From contig NZ_JBDSCA010000061.1 of NCBI RefSeq assembly GCF_039921305.1, positions 11,153-75,152 of the forward strand: a stretch of 64,000 bases of DNA. Direction: 5' to 3'. Position numbers and translations under genes: made by a program. Shown here piece by piece: positions 20,998 through 32,500 of the stretch. The number at the start of each line of letters is the position of its first letter. Within the stretch, counting starts at the first letter, position 1. The DNA comes from Mucilaginibacter sp. Lineage in GTDB: Bacteria; Bacteroidota; Bacteroidia; Sphingobacteriales; Sphingobacteriaceae. The notes beneath the pieces were generated by a model. It did not search any database. It saw nothing but the letters and a program-made list of their open reading frames with translations, and was not told the origin of the DNA.

Positions 20998-22395
20998 TCA
21001 TTTTAAAAAAACCTCAATAACCGGCATTTCAGAAACGGGCCTTTGTACTGGCAAATGAAGTATTACATCATTACTTGCAGCTGTTTCGGTAGTGTGGCTA
21101 CCCGGTTTTATTTCTTCGTCAAAGCTAATTTCTGAACCATCTTGTAACAGTTGGGCAAATTTGATTTTGCCCTTATAATTCGGTAAATGCAAAGATTTAA
21201 ATGGCCACTCGATGATATGAATATATAACCTATTCAATTGCGGGTTATAGGTCAAAAAGCAGTTATCCGGTTTAGTAAATTCTTTAGGGGCCTGGGTACA
21301 TCCGTAAATTGCGCGGTTGTTATATTTCATCCAATTACCAATAGCTGCCAAACGTTCAATAGCCCGGCTATCAAACTCACCACGTGCTGTAGGACCCACA
21401 TTTAACAACAGGTTACCACCTTTGCTCACCGTTTCAACCAACATTGATACCAACTGATGCGCACTTTTCCAGGAATATTCATCACGATTATATCCCCACG
21501 AACCGGAAAAAGTCTGGCATGTCTCCCAAGGTACTTTCAGCCCGTTAAGCGTTGGCCACTCGACCGGCATAAACTGCTCCGGAGTTTTATAATCCCAGCC
21601 CCAATCTGTTTGACTTAGATCCAACCTGTCGTTCACGATGATCTGGGGCTGCAGCTTTCTAATCATCTTGAGTAGATTGGATGCATCCCAATCTTTGGCA
21701 CCCTTTCCGTTAGTACCCGGATAAGAATAATCTAGAAATAGTTCGTCAATTTTTCCGTACTGGGTTAGCAGTTCCGTTAACTGATCACGTAAATATTGGC
21801 GGTACTTACTCATATCGCGATTGCTGTTTAGAGCCAAAGCAGACTTATCTTCGCGAAGGGGGTGTAACTGGTCAATGGTAAAATCCGGATGGTGCCAATC
21901 GATCAATGAGTAATAAAACCCAATGCGTAATCCTTCCGCGCGACAAGCATCAACCAACTGTTTTAAAAGATCTCTTCTTGCAGGCGTATTCGTCGCCCTG
22001 TAATCGGTAACCTTACTATCCCACAAACAAAAACCCTCGTGGTGTTTTGTAGTGATTACAATATATTTCATTCCGGCGGCCTTGGCCTGTTTTGCCCATT
22101 GTACCGGATCGTATAAGTCAGGGTTAAAGGCATCAAAATACTTATTATAGTCTTTATCCGATATCATTTCCCTGCTCTTTACCCATTCATGCCGGGCGGG
22201 TACTGAATATAGCCCCCAATGAATAAACAAGCCGAAACGTGCATCCCGCCACCATTCCATTCGTTTATCCTTTTGCTCAAGGGTTTCCGTCGCCCATGTC
22301 GGACGAGTTTCTGCCTGTCCTATCACCTTCGGCTTAAAAGAGATAAGTAAGAGCATAAAACAAAGTAATTTCCTTTTCATGATGATATCTATCAC
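20998..22395 (-). CDS. GH29 alpha-L-fucosidase
   Basis: WWRDARFGLFIHWGLYS, FNPDLYDP..WA..AGMKY..TTKHHEGFCLWD, LFLD nucleophile region, PWETCQT..SWGY, NLLLNVGP. Confidence 0.93.
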   Translation of the reverse strand: MIDIIMKRKLLCFMLLLISFKPKVIGQAETRPTWATETLEQKDKRMEWWRDARFGLFIHWGLYSVPARHEWVKSREMISDKDYNKYFDAFNPDLYDPVQWAKQAKAAGMKYIVITTKHHEGFCLWDSKVTDYRATNTPARRDLLKQLVDACRAEGLRIGFYYSLIDWHHPDFTIDQLHPLREDKSALALNSNRDMSKYRQYLRDQLTELLTQYGKIDELFLDYSYPGTNGKGAKDWDASNLLKMIRKLQPQIIVNDRLDLSQTDWGWDYKTPEQFMPVEWPTLNGLKVPWETCQTFSGSWGYNRDEYSWKSAHQLVSMLVETVSKGGNLLLNVGPTARGEFDSRAIERLAAIGNWMKYNNRAIYGCTQAPKEFTKPDNCFLTYNPQLNRLYIHIIEWPFKSLHLPNYKGKIKFAQLLQDGSEISFDEEIKPGSHTTETAASNDVILHLPVQRPVSEMPVIEVFLK

Positions 22396-23675
22396 TTTAT
22401 TGTTTGTATCGCTTCGTGCATCGTTTCTCTTTGTATCTTATTAACTAAAGTTGACGCGATACCGATCTGCTTTTGCGCATCGGTGTAGTTGGAATGTATA
22501 TGGCTCACCATATTAGCAATTTGAGAAGCCGGTGTCTCATCTATCTCAAATATCCAATCATTAAGGCCAATATCCCTCCACATCTGTCCTTTCCTCGTGT
22601 CTGTAGGTTGTTTTAAATATATTGCCGGTACTTTCTCAGTGAACGCAATTATGGGTGAATGCATTTCATAGCTGATCAGCACCCTTGCTTTGGCATATAT
22701 AGAACGTGCTTCGTCAGGCAACCAAAACGAATCCCGCCATACCACATTTTTTTTTATCTCATCTGGCAACGGGTCAACCAAAACTTCTTTTGATAAGGCA
22801 ACTTGTTGGGTAACTTCCGCACATGCCAAAACTTTTAGGCCTGTATCTTTTACCCATTTTATCATCACCTCGCGTAGTTTGGCCGCATCTATTTCTTTGT
22901 GTTGTAGCGAAATGGCATACTTTCTCTTTTCTTCTACGGTTGGCTCAACACCACGCATCTGCCAGTATGGGGTATATCGTAACCTGGGTATCACGCAAAT
23001 AAATTTACCTCTTTTTAAACCATTAGCGGTTAAGTAAGCTTCGGCCTTTTGTTCATTTTGTAATTTGAGGGCAAAAGTTGCATCCAGGCCTAATTGCTGT
23101 ATCGGGCATTTCAAATTGAGCGAACGTAAATATTTTAACGATTCAGAATCTCTGCAGAAAAAGAACGAAGCATGATCTATCAATTCTTTTAAGGGCTCAT
23201 CTACCTCGTCAAGCGAAACGCCATATACTCCAAATGGTTTTTTGGTATTGTTCCACCAGGCCCTTACATCTTTATAAGCAGCTACATATGGGCCCGAACC
23301 ATGAACCATTAGGTCACATTCGGCAAATGCTTTTTGCAGATCCGTGGTCGCCGGTTTGCCAGAATCATCCAGCCGGCCTTGTATAATATTTAACTTAGGG
23401 AACGATCTCCTCATTAATGCATCTACTTCCACGTCAACGCTAACAGGCCATAATATAATTTCAGCTTCTGGCAAATAGATGTTAAACAATTCGATCAGAC
23501 CGAAGCTATGGCTAATGTCGCCAATGTTAACTACCTGCCATGATGAGCGCAATAATATTTTCGGTTTCTTTTGTGAACCCTTTCCCATAGCTATTGCATT
23601 AATAACAGGCATCATTACAGATGCGGCTGTCAGAAAACCTGTTTGTTTTAAAAAGTCCCTTCGTTGTTGATCCAT
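22392..23675 (-). CDS. Polysaccharide pyruvyl transferase family protein with a twin-arginine signal
   Basis: QRRDFLKQ Tat-like N-terminus; NIGDISH, VHGSGP, FFFCRDSESL, DATF, MHSPIIA motifs typical of the family. Confidence 0.78.
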   Translation of the reverse strand: MDQQRRDFLKQTGFLTAASVMMPVINAIAMGKGSQKKPKILLRSSWQVVNIGDISHSFGLIELFNIYLPEAEIILWPVSVDVEVDALMRRSFPKLNIIQGRLDDSGKPATTDLQKAFAECDLMVHGSGPYVAAYKDVRAWWNNTKKPFGVYGVSLDEVDEPLKELIDHASFFFCRDSESLKYLRSLNLKCPIQQLGLDATFALKLQNEQKAEAYLTANGLKRGKFICVIPRLRYTPYWQMRGVEPTVEEKRKYAISLQHKEIDAAKLREVMIKWVKDTGLKVLACAEVTQQVALSKEVLVDPLPDEIKKNVVWRDSFWLPDEARSIYAKARVLISYEMHSPIIAFTEKVPAIYLKQPTDTRKGQMWRDIGLNDWIFEIDETPASQIANMVSHIHSNYTDAQKQIGIASTLVNKIQRETMHEAIQTIK

Positions 23676-23693
23676 AATTATATATCGTAGATA

Positions 23694-25568
23694 TTACCAG
23701 GCAGATAATGATTGAAATACCGGTACAGTGTTATCGTTTTTTTCTTTAAATAGTACAGTAATGGCAACGTTCCCAATTGCTTTAAAATGAATGACGAGTC
23801 TTTTTATACCTTCATTTGGTGTATTGCCTTTTGATAGGGGTTCGTTTAGTATAGGTATGGCGTCAATAATTTCGAAGGCTGCTTTAGTTGCTGGTTTTAA
23901 GATCTCGACCTTTAATTCATCCACTCCCATTTTTAGTATAGCTGATCTTTTGTCATCCGACAAAGTAATTATCGCAGGGGTATGGATCTGCCAATAAAGA
24001 TCGAGTGGTTTATCAGTCGTTATCTCGTCTTGTATCAAAACCTGTTTTTTATCGATCATAGCGATCCCACGTTTTACAGATCTCCCATTCGGTGCATAAG
24101 CTTCGGTCAAATCCATAATACCGAATGAATTGTTATTATCACTTTTGAACTTTTTTATAAACGTTGAGGCGGCAGCATTTTGATTCGCATCTTGCCCGAC
24201 TTTTACCACCAACGTATTGTGGCCTTCTGTGCTCAACCGATAATAGCTATAGCGTTGAACCGATTTGTTTTTGCCCCCGTTAAAGTATCCCGGTAAATTA
24301 TAAGTATCAGGCCCCAGATCAATTACCCAACGCTTCGCATTTTTTTCCAGAACGAAAGTACCCAGATCCAAATGCCCATGATTAACACCGTTTTCACCGG
24401 CTTTGAATCCAACAAACCAGGCTTTTTCATCGTTCCAGCTACTTCTTAATGAAGCTACCTCTGCAGAGCGAAAATATTGGTCAAGTGGCAATTCAGCGGC
24501 TTTCCGTAATTTCTTGTCAGAATACCATAACATCTCTACCGCCGTTGAATGATCGGTATATTTTTGCTGATAGGCTGCTATTTCCGGGTCATTAAATTTA
24601 TTGGCCAACCACAAAAACTCAGGCATGGTAACAATTCTCAATGGCGCATCCGAGTAATTGAATGTTTGTGCCGTAGCTCCGCTCATCGCCATAACGAATG
24701 AACCTGTTTTTGAAAAGCCTTGTATAGTGCTTAAACCAAAATCCGTTCCTAAAGCCGACTCCAAACAAGCGATAGCGGCCACGTTATAACGCATGGCGAA
24801 AGCAAGATAGGTAGGACCCTCAAACCACGCTCCATCGGGACCATAATGCTTCATAGCCGCCGGAAGTCGCTTTATTGCATTCTTGATCAAGGTATCAGCC
24901 AATTGTGGTTCTTCATCGGCTATAGCTAAAGCGCCTATGATCATACTGCCATTACAAACCTGGTTCCAGTTATGTTCAGCTTTCGCCCAATCAAAACCGG
25001 GGCCTTTGCCTTGATAATACAATAGACCGCCCTCAAGTGCTTTATCTTTTATAGCTGTTTTTATAATTTGTTTTTGAGGATCGGTCCACACGTCATAAAG
25101 CCAATCGTAGGCTATAGCGAAGGCCTGGTCCATTTCTGCAGTGCCCAAAAAATGTTCAATATCCCAATCGGGGAATTTGGCAGCATTGTCTAACTCAAGC
25201 CATAACCTGTCCGCATACTTTTTTTTGCCGGTAAGCCTGTACATCATACTTAAAGTGTAGCTACGATCCAATACGCTACGGCTTGTATTGAGCAAATAAT
25301 TACTCGGGATCATGGTGTATTTATTGAGCGGTTCCGTAAGCATTTTATCTGCTTTAAGCCGCAATGTATTTTCTGCTTTTATCAAAAACTCATTACCGGG
25401 AATACGTTTTTTCAACTGCTCAAAATCAGCTAAAGATGATACCAACAAGCGGGGATGTCCCTTTTTTAAAGTAGCGACCGGGTTATCTGGTACAGTTACC
25501 TGTGCATTGGCCTTCAAACAAGTACAATAGACACAAAGTACTAGTACAAAGAAAGATCTATAGCTCAT
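23694..25568 (-). CDS. Heparinase II/III-like polysaccharide lyase
   Basis: HPRLL, WD..HFLGTAE, HNWNQVC, EGPTY, FNYSDA, HGHLDLGTF, GHNTL; signal peptide. Confidence 0.85.
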   Translation of the reverse strand: MSYRSFFVLVLCVYCTCLKANAQVTVPDNPVATLKKGHPRLLVSSLADFEQLKKRIPGNEFLIKAENTLRLKADKMLTEPLNKYTMIPSNYLLNTSRSVLDRSYTLSMMYRLTGKKKYADRLWLELDNAAKFPDWDIEHFLGTAEMDQAFAIAYDWLYDVWTDPQKQIIKTAIKDKALEGGLLYYQGKGPGFDWAKAEHNWNQVCNGSMIIGALAIADEEPQLADTLIKNAIKRLPAAMKHYGPDGAWFEGPTYLAFAMRYNVAAIACLESALGTDFGLSTIQGFSKTGSFVMAMSGATAQTFNYSDAPLRIVTMPEFLWLANKFNDPEIAAYQQKYTDHSTAVEMLWYSDKKLRKAAELPLDQYFRSAEVASLRSSWNDEKAWFVGFKAGENGVNHGHLDLGTFVLEKNAKRWVIDLGPDTYNLPGYFNGGKNKSVQRYSYYRLSTEGHNTLVVKVGQDANQNAAASTFIKKFKSDNNNSFGIMDLTEAYAPNGRSVKRGIAMIDKKQVLIQDEITTDKPLDLYWQIHTPAIITLSDDKRSAILKMGVDELKVEILKPATKAAFEIIDAIPILNEPLSKGNTPNEGIKRLVIHFKAIGNVAITVLFKEKNDNTVPVFQSLSAW

Positions 25569-25590
25569 GTTATTTCAATTTAATGCTCAT

Positions 25591-26772
25591 TTATTGTTTT
25601 TTTTCGATCGCTGCTAAACGTAACAAAGCCTCCAGATAATAATAATCAGCATACACCAATGGCTTATCAACTTCTTTCCCTAACGTTTTGGCACCGACGC
25701 TATGCTTCAATATAAAATAATTATTTTCACCTAAACCCGCTTTATATTGTGGTGAGGATAGAGATCGAATTATCTTTTTTGCTGACTGTACATAATAAAC
25801 TCGTTTTGTTGGCACGTAGCGTTGCAATTCTAATAAGGCGGATGCTATAACGGCAGCGGCCGAAGCGTCGCGTTCTTCATTAGGAATATTGGGAGCCAAA
25901 TAATCCCAATAGGGTATTTTATCTTTCGGGAGATTCGGGTTATTTAAAATATAAGATGCTGCCTTATTTGCAACCTCCAGGTATTTTTCCTTCCCTGTTT
26001 CGCGGTACATTACCGTAAAACCGTACAAAGCCCATGCCTGCCCCCTGGCCCATGCTGACTCATCCTGAAAGCCCTGATGATTTTTTTTTGCTAAAACCAT
26101 ACCGCTATCACTATAACAAACCACATGATAGCAGCTACCATCTGACCGGAAATGGTTTTGTAAAGTTTTATCTGCGTGAGAGATACAAATTCCTTTATAA
26201 TTATTGGTCGTACCGTGCTTTGATGCCCACATCAAAAATTCGAGGTTCATCATATTATCTATAATAACCGGGAACCGATACTTACCAAAAGTATCCCACG
26301 ATCTGATAAGTCCGACATTTGCATTATATCGTGTAGCTAATGACTTTGCGCCATTTTTTAGTATGTTTTTATAATTTTTGTTTTTAGTGAGTTTGTAACC
26401 GTTACCATAAGAACAGTATAACATAAACCCAAGATCGTGGGTACTGATATTATACTGTTCTTTTTCAAGCATGGCCGTCCAATGTTGTGCCGCCGTTTTC
26501 CATTTAAGGTTCCCTGTGTATTCATATAGCTCCCATAGTATTCCTGGAAAAAAGCCGCTGCACCACCATGAAGAAGGCATATCTTTACGAGTGCCGTTCT
26601 CATTTACAGAAAACGGGAATTGGGTTAGATCGGAATGAGCATTTAACAAGAGTGTTATTTGCTTTTCAGCAAAACCCATTTCCTTTTGTATGTTAATGTT
26701 TTGCGCACCCACATTGCCATTCAGCAATAACAGCTGCCCCAAAAACATCAATATTACTACTCTATATAGCAT
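25591..26772 (-). CDS. GH88 unsaturated glucuronyl hydrolase
   Basis: WWCSGFFPG.LW, THDLGF and IIDNMMNL (both catalytic Asp present), WARGQAWA.YG, RDASAAA, YADYYYLEAL. Confidence 0.92.
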   Translation of the reverse strand: MLYRVVILMFLGQLLLLNGNVGAQNINIQKEMGFAEKQITLLLNAHSDLTQFPFSVNENGTRKDMPSSWWCSGFFPGILWELYEYTGNLKWKTAAQHWTAMLEKEQYNISTHDLGFMLYCSYGNGYKLTKNKNYKNILKNGAKSLATRYNANVGLIRSWDTFGKYRFPVIIDNMMNLEFLMWASKHGTTNNYKGICISHADKTLQNHFRSDGSCYHVVCYSDSGMVLAKKNHQGFQDESAWARGQAWALYGFTVMYRETGKEKYLEVANKAASYILNNPNLPKDKIPYWDYLAPNIPNEERDASAAAVIASALLELQRYVPTKRVYYVQSAKKIIRSLSSPQYKAGLGENNYFILKHSVGAKTLGKEVDKPLVYADYYYLEALLRLAAIEKKQ

Positions 26773-26773
26773 A

Positions 26774-27667
26774 CTATGGTGTTACAACGATATCAAATTC
26801 TTTAATGATACTTTTTTGATCATCAACACTGTTATTAAACCCAACAAATGTTACATGATAGGTACCTGGCTTGGTGTATACGTAACTGTAATTTGTTAAC
26901 GCGTCACTTCCGATATTTTGAATCGATCGGCTGAGATCCGGAGCTATCTTGTTTAGCGTTAAAGGTCTTGTTATTAGCCAGTCTTCGTTATCATCCGAGT
27001 TCGCCACCCCGCCATTTATGGTTATTTGGGTAATTGTCGCCGTATTGGGTATAACCCAAATAGCTGCCGGGTTTTTTATATTAATTGACGACCAGGATGC
27101 GTCCGCAATGGTTGCGATAGGCGCCACCGTACCATCTGGCAATATATTATTAACTAAAAGTGATTTGATGATCCATGTTCTTTGAGCCAGGGTAGCACTT
27201 TTAGTACCAAGATATTTAAAGGCAAGCCAAACCGGTTGTCCGTTATTCTTAAAATCACTCAGATCAATATTGCCCGAGCCAAGTGCCGTACCTGTTGATA
27301 ATACTGAGCGCCCTGTAATATCGGTCCACGTGGCATGTACGACATGCGAGGAGTCGACGACGGAAAGATCTGTAGAGACCATTACCATCAACGAATTGTC
27401 TTGCGCACCGCCACCGCGTGTACTGTTAAAAGAGAACTGCGGGGTTCCGTCTGCTGTTAGCCTGGTTCTGTTCGCATAAGTAAAACCCTGTTCTCCTGAA
27501 TAAAATAAGATGTTACCCGCATTACCAGAGATGTTAAACCTCACAGTATCATTTATCTTATAGGTTAATTTCACGGTTTGAACATCAAATAATGGCGAAG
27601 CCACCTCCAATTTTTTACAACCTCCGATGATCAACGAGACCAATAAAAGCACATATATATTTTTCAT
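26774..27667 (-). CDS. PUL surface lipoprotein (DUF5017-like, C-terminal PKD-like segment)
   Basis: Lipobox IGGC; FYSGEQG, NEDWLIT, YVYTKPGTYHVTFVGFN; immediately follows susD. Confidence 0.65.
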   Translation of the reverse strand: MKNIYVLLLVSLIIGGCKKLEVASPLFDVQTVKLTYKINDTVRFNISGNAGNILFYSGEQGFTYANRTRLTADGTPQFSFNSTRGGGAQDNSLMVMVSTDLSVVDSSHVVHATWTDITGRSVLSTGTALGSGNIDLSDFKNNGQPVWLAFKYLGTKSATLAQRTWIIKSLLVNNILPDGTVAPIATIADASWSSINIKNPAAIWVIPNTATITQITINGGVANSDDNEDWLITRPLTLNKIAPDLSRSIQNIGSDALTNYSYVYTKPGTYHVTFVGFNNSVDDQKSIIKEFDIVVTP

Positions 27668-27686
27668 GTTTTTTTTATGATAATAA

Positions 27687-29528
27687 TTAATAGCCCGGAT
27701 TTTGAACCAAAGCTTTGTTTAAAGACATTTCATGAATAGGTATCGGAAAATAAATATTGCGCGAAGAAAGCCTTGTCGCCGGTGTGGTGATAACCGTTGC
27801 CGTTCCTCCGTTTGCTGAAGCGTAAGCTAAAAAGTCTTTGATATCACCAACATAATTCCCCCACCTGATCAAATCGTTGCGCCTAAAGGCCTCGAAACAT
27901 AATTCTCTTAAACGCTCGTCTTTAATGGCCTGGCGTAAACTTTCCTTACTAGCGGTCTGTGTTGCAGAAAGATCGGCATCTGTAGATTTAGATATGGTTG
28001 CCGTGGCAGCGGCACCTGTGCCTGCTGTTGCGGTAAATGTTATAGTTGGAGCCGAAGTATAATACGGCCCTGCAACTGTCAATGTTCCCGGATTAATGAT
28101 ACTGATACTTGTTATCTTTCCGGCCGCCACGGTAGCGGTGGCAGTAGCGCCGGAACCTCCTCCGCCAACGATATTTACGGTTGGAGCTGTTGTGTATCCC
28201 GAACCCGCATTAGTGATCGCAATATTGCGAACTACGTTACCATATAAGATGCCGTACCCTCGCTGTCTTACCTGGTTTACGAACGGATAAGCTTTGGTAG
28301 GCCCGTTTAATTCATTCTCGGCCTCGGCCATCATAAGTAAAATGTCAGAATACCTAATTACAGCGTAATTTTCATTGGTATAGTTCTTATCCTTGGTGGC
28401 TGTTGTTTCATATTCTCTCCTCCATTTACCGCTATTCATGATCCATGTGTTGGTAACCGGTGTGTAAGTAGCAGTTGTCGTTTCACTCCAGGTGTAATTA
28501 GCGCAATTCCAATCTCTCCTTATGTCGAACGATGTTTTGTTTGGCGATGCTGTGTTTAAGGTATTCAACTCATATGCATCGTATAATTTTTTTGTCGCGT
28601 TTAAATACCCGGCGCTAAAGCCTTTGGTTTCGTCAACACAACGGATACCACAATAGCGGCCGGTATAGGTAGTCCCCAGGTTTTTACCTGATACCAATCC
28701 TTCAAATTCAATTTCGAATAAATTTTCTTTAATATCATATTTATCCTGCGCGTAGTTGATAAATACCTGTTTATAATCAGGATTTAAAGCATGCTCTTTA
28801 GTATCGATAATTTTTTGGCACCATGATATAACCTCCGGATAACGGGATACATCATATAGAGGAAAACCAGCCATATAAAGATTTACACGGGCAAGTAAGC
28901 CCATTACCGCTGTGTGATTAGCCTTACCACTATAGCCTAAAGAAGTAATAGTTTGAGTTTTCAATAAGGTTTCGGCAGATGTGAGATCGTTAATAATTTG
29001 CAGATATACCTGTTTCATTGGGGCACGTGCTATATTAACATCAGTTATCGAGCCTGTGGGATCGATAACAAGCGGCACATCGCCATAGTTGCTCACCAGC
29101 ATAAAATAAAAGTAAGACCTTAAAAACAATGTTTCTCCCCTGATCACATCCTTTTGTGATTGTGTTGCGGTTACGCCGTCAATACTTGCAAGTAATAAGT
29201 TAGCATTACCTATCCCGGCATACATTTGCTGCCAAAAATTAGAAACATTTACGTTTTCGGCTCCAAACAAGAAAGATGGAGTATCCTCAGTTGCCCTGCC
29301 GTAAGACTCATCGCTATTTGTATTAAAGTTATAGAGATAATTATTACCGAACGCGCCAATATTCCCCATAGTGGCGTATACGCCAATTAAGGCGTTTTGT
29401 AGCTGGTAGGGAGTTTTATAATAAGCGGCCGGCGTGATAAAATCAGTTGGGTTGGTATCAAGCATTTTGTTGCACGCTGTTGCGGTTAAAATCAGCGTTG
29501 TTAAAAGAGTGTATTTTAATATTTTCAT
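27687..29528 (-). CDS. susD: SusD/RagB-family lipoprotein with a Gly/Thr-rich insertion
   Basis: Lipobox TAC; GETLFLRSYFYF.LV..YGDVP, IRYSDILLMMAEA.NE, ERLRELCFEAFRRNDLIRWG, FPIP..QNPGY. Confidence 0.93.
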   Translation of the reverse strand: MKILKYTLLTTLILTATACNKMLDTNPTDFITPAAYYKTPYQLQNALIGVYATMGNIGAFGNNYLYNFNTNSDESYGRATEDTPSFLFGAENVNVSNFWQQMYAGIGNANLLLASIDGVTATQSQKDVIRGETLFLRSYFYFMLVSNYGDVPLVIDPTGSITDVNIARAPMKQVYLQIINDLTSAETLLKTQTITSLGYSGKANHTAVMGLLARVNLYMAGFPLYDVSRYPEVISWCQKIIDTKEHALNPDYKQVFINYAQDKYDIKENLFEIEFEGLVSGKNLGTTYTGRYCGIRCVDETKGFSAGYLNATKKLYDAYELNTLNTASPNKTSFDIRRDWNCANYTWSETTTATYTPVTNTWIMNSGKWRREYETTATKDKNYTNENYAVIRYSDILLMMAEAENELNGPTKAYPFVNQVRQRGYGILYGNVVRNIAITNAGSGYTTAPTVNIVGGGGSGATATATVAAGKITSISIINPGTLTVAGPYYTSAPTITFTATAGTGAAATATISKSTDADLSATQTASKESLRQAIKDERLRELCFEAFRRNDLIRWGNYVGDIKDFLAYASANGGTATVITTPATRLSSRNIYFPIPIHEMSLNKALVQNPGY

Positions 29529-29539
29529 CGTTTTATTAA

Positions 29540-32500
29540 TTAAAATGATACGTTCAATCCGAATACGATAGTTTTGGCTCTTGGATACGCGGAAAAATCG
29601 TAGCCCGGTGTTAATGTTGAATTCCTGTTGGATACTTCAGGGTCTGGACCTGTATATTTTGTCCATGTATATAAATTTTGAGCCGATGCGTAAATTCTCA
29701 GGCTTTTGATACTCACTTTTGCTAATATTTTTGTCGGGATAGTGTAACCTAATGACAGCGTTTTTAATCGTAAGTATGAGCCATCTTCTACTACCCTGCT
29801 CGAATAATTAATTAGGCCTTGGCCACCTGCTCTGAATAGGGTATTGCTTGGATTATCAGGCTCCCAACGATCTGCATAACTTGCAAATTGATTTAAGTAT
29901 TTTGCGCCTTTTGCATTTCCTTCAAACAATAATCGATTGGCATTAATGATATCGTTTCCGTATGACCATTGGAAAAGAATATTCAGATCAAAGCCATTAT
30001 AGGTGAAGTTATTCGTAAAACCGCCTACACTAATAGGCAAGCCTCTGCCGATCACCGTGAAGTCCTTAGCGTCTATCACCCCGTCGCCATTGATATCCCT
30101 GTATTTGATAGAGCCCGGCTGCGTTGATGTTCCGTTATTGGGTATACCATTTTTCAGCACATATTTGCCTTGTGGTGTAACATCAAAGTCGCTGTATTGA
30201 TAAACCCCATCCCATATCAATCCATACATTTGCCCTACGGGTTGGCCCACTGTAGCAATATAAGCCGGCAGTGTATTTAATTTCAAGTCGACATTAACAG
30301 TTGATAACAGAGATTGTTGATTTTCAGTTAAAGCAATTACCTGATTTCGATTAAAACTGATATTGAAATTTGAACCCCATGTAAATGTTTTGTTGTGAAC
30401 ATTTACAGTATTTAGTGTAAACTCAAGACCTTGATTTCTGATACTGCCAATATTTTTAAATGCCTGTGATAAACCCGTTGTGTAAGGCAGCTGGGCATTT
30501 AACAATAGGTCGCGTGTTGTTTTAGAATACAGATCGACGGTGATGTCTATCCTGCTGTTGAACAGGCTTAGGTCATATCCCAAATTCGTTTGGATAGCCG
30601 TTTCCCATTTTAGATCTGGGTTTCCGTAAGCGGTAACAACAGCGCCATTTAAGGGAATAGAGTTATTAAACGAATAGAGTACCGAGGCCGGCAAGTTGAT
30701 CTGCGATAGGTACGCAAAGTCCGACACCCTGTTATTTCCCGTTTGACCGTAACTAAACCGAAGTTTTGAATCGGAGATAAAGGTTAAGCCTTGCATAAAC
30801 TTTTCGTTGCTCATTCGCCATGCCACTGAAGCCGACGGGAAATACCCCCATTTTTTTCCACTGGCAAACTTTGATGAACCATCAGCACGAAAGGATGCCG
30901 TAAACAGGTATTTTGATCTGTAGCTGTAAGTTGCTCTGCTCAAAAAAGACATCAGCGCCCATCTGGAACTCAACGAAACAGGCGTTATGGCCGTTGATTG
31001 ATCTAAACCATCTATTCCCAGAGATTCGTTTGGGACTAATATGGCACCGAAACCATAATTTTCGGATGTGTTACCTTGCTGGCTAAATCCACCTAATATG
31101 GTAATATCGTGATCTTTGTTAAAAGTGTTTTTATAGGTTATGGTATTTTCGTTAAGCCACGTGGAGTTATTAGCATTATAAATTGATCCGTTTACACCCG
31201 TTGATGTATTTAATTTATTTCCCCTGGCGGTTAATGAATTATAAAAGGATTCCACTTTACTATCATTTGTTGTAATACCTCCTGTTACTCTTAGCGTAAA
31301 ATGAGGAACCAACAGATATTCTAAATAACCATTTGCCTGTAAGCTTTTTACTATGGTTTGGCGTAGTTGATTTTGCGCGTCTATTATAGGGTTAACCCTA
31401 TAATCAGATGTGGTAACGGCGTCGAATCCAGGGTCAAAGAGTTGATCTTGAAGATCAAGGTCGTTATCTGATGATCCGCCCGAAACCGGTCGCCACCCCC
31501 ATACGGCATATAAAAGATTAGTACTTGCAGAAGAAATGGTTGAAGGGTCTGATGCTACCAGGCCGTTATAGCTACTTTTGCTGTAGTTAATATTCGCGCC
31601 GACCTTAAGTTTTTTATTCACATTTTGATCAAGGGTAAACCTACCTTGAGCACGATTAAAACCTGAGTTTATAATTATACCATCCTGATCTATGATTCCG
31701 CCTGAAATGGAATACTTTGTTTTATCATTACCACCCCGAATAGATATCGTATGGTTTTGCATGGGAGCAGTACGGTACAATTGCTTTTGCAGATCTATAC
31801 CATTGATGTTTTTGTAATCATCTAACGTACGCCCGTTCAGATAGATCGACGCCGCGGCCGGATCATAATCAAGTTGGTAACGCACAAATTCATACGCGCT
31901 CATTAATGGTATGGTTTTGCTGTTTTTCTGTAAGCCATAATATCCATTATAATTGATAACCGGATCGCCTTTACCGCCGCGTTTCGTTGTAATTACGATA
32001 ACGCCGTTAGCTCCTCTGGCACCATAAATAGCGGTGGCCGACGCATCTTTAAGAACGTCGATAGATTCGATATCTGCCGGATTTATTGAATTGGGATCAG
32101 CATTTTCAACCGGGAACCCATCTATGATATACAGCGGAGATATATCTTGTGTTATTGATCCGGCACCACGGATCGTAATATTAGAATTAGACCCCGGTTG
32201 CCCATCATTCCCAGCAACTTGTACACCTGCCGCTCGTCCCGCCAAAGCTTCATCGAATGATTTTATAGGAGCCTTTTCAAAACTTTTCATATCTACCGAG
32301 GCGATAGCACTGGTTAACTCTTTTTTAGTGGTTTGACCATAACCGATCACAACTATTTCGTTTAAGTTCTTAGCTGATTCCTTGAGCTGCACATTAATAC
32401 TGTTTTTATTTGCTATCGGCACTTCGATAGGCGAATAACCTATAAAACTAAATATTAAGGTTCCGCTGAGATTTGGAACAGTAATTTTATAGCCTCCATC

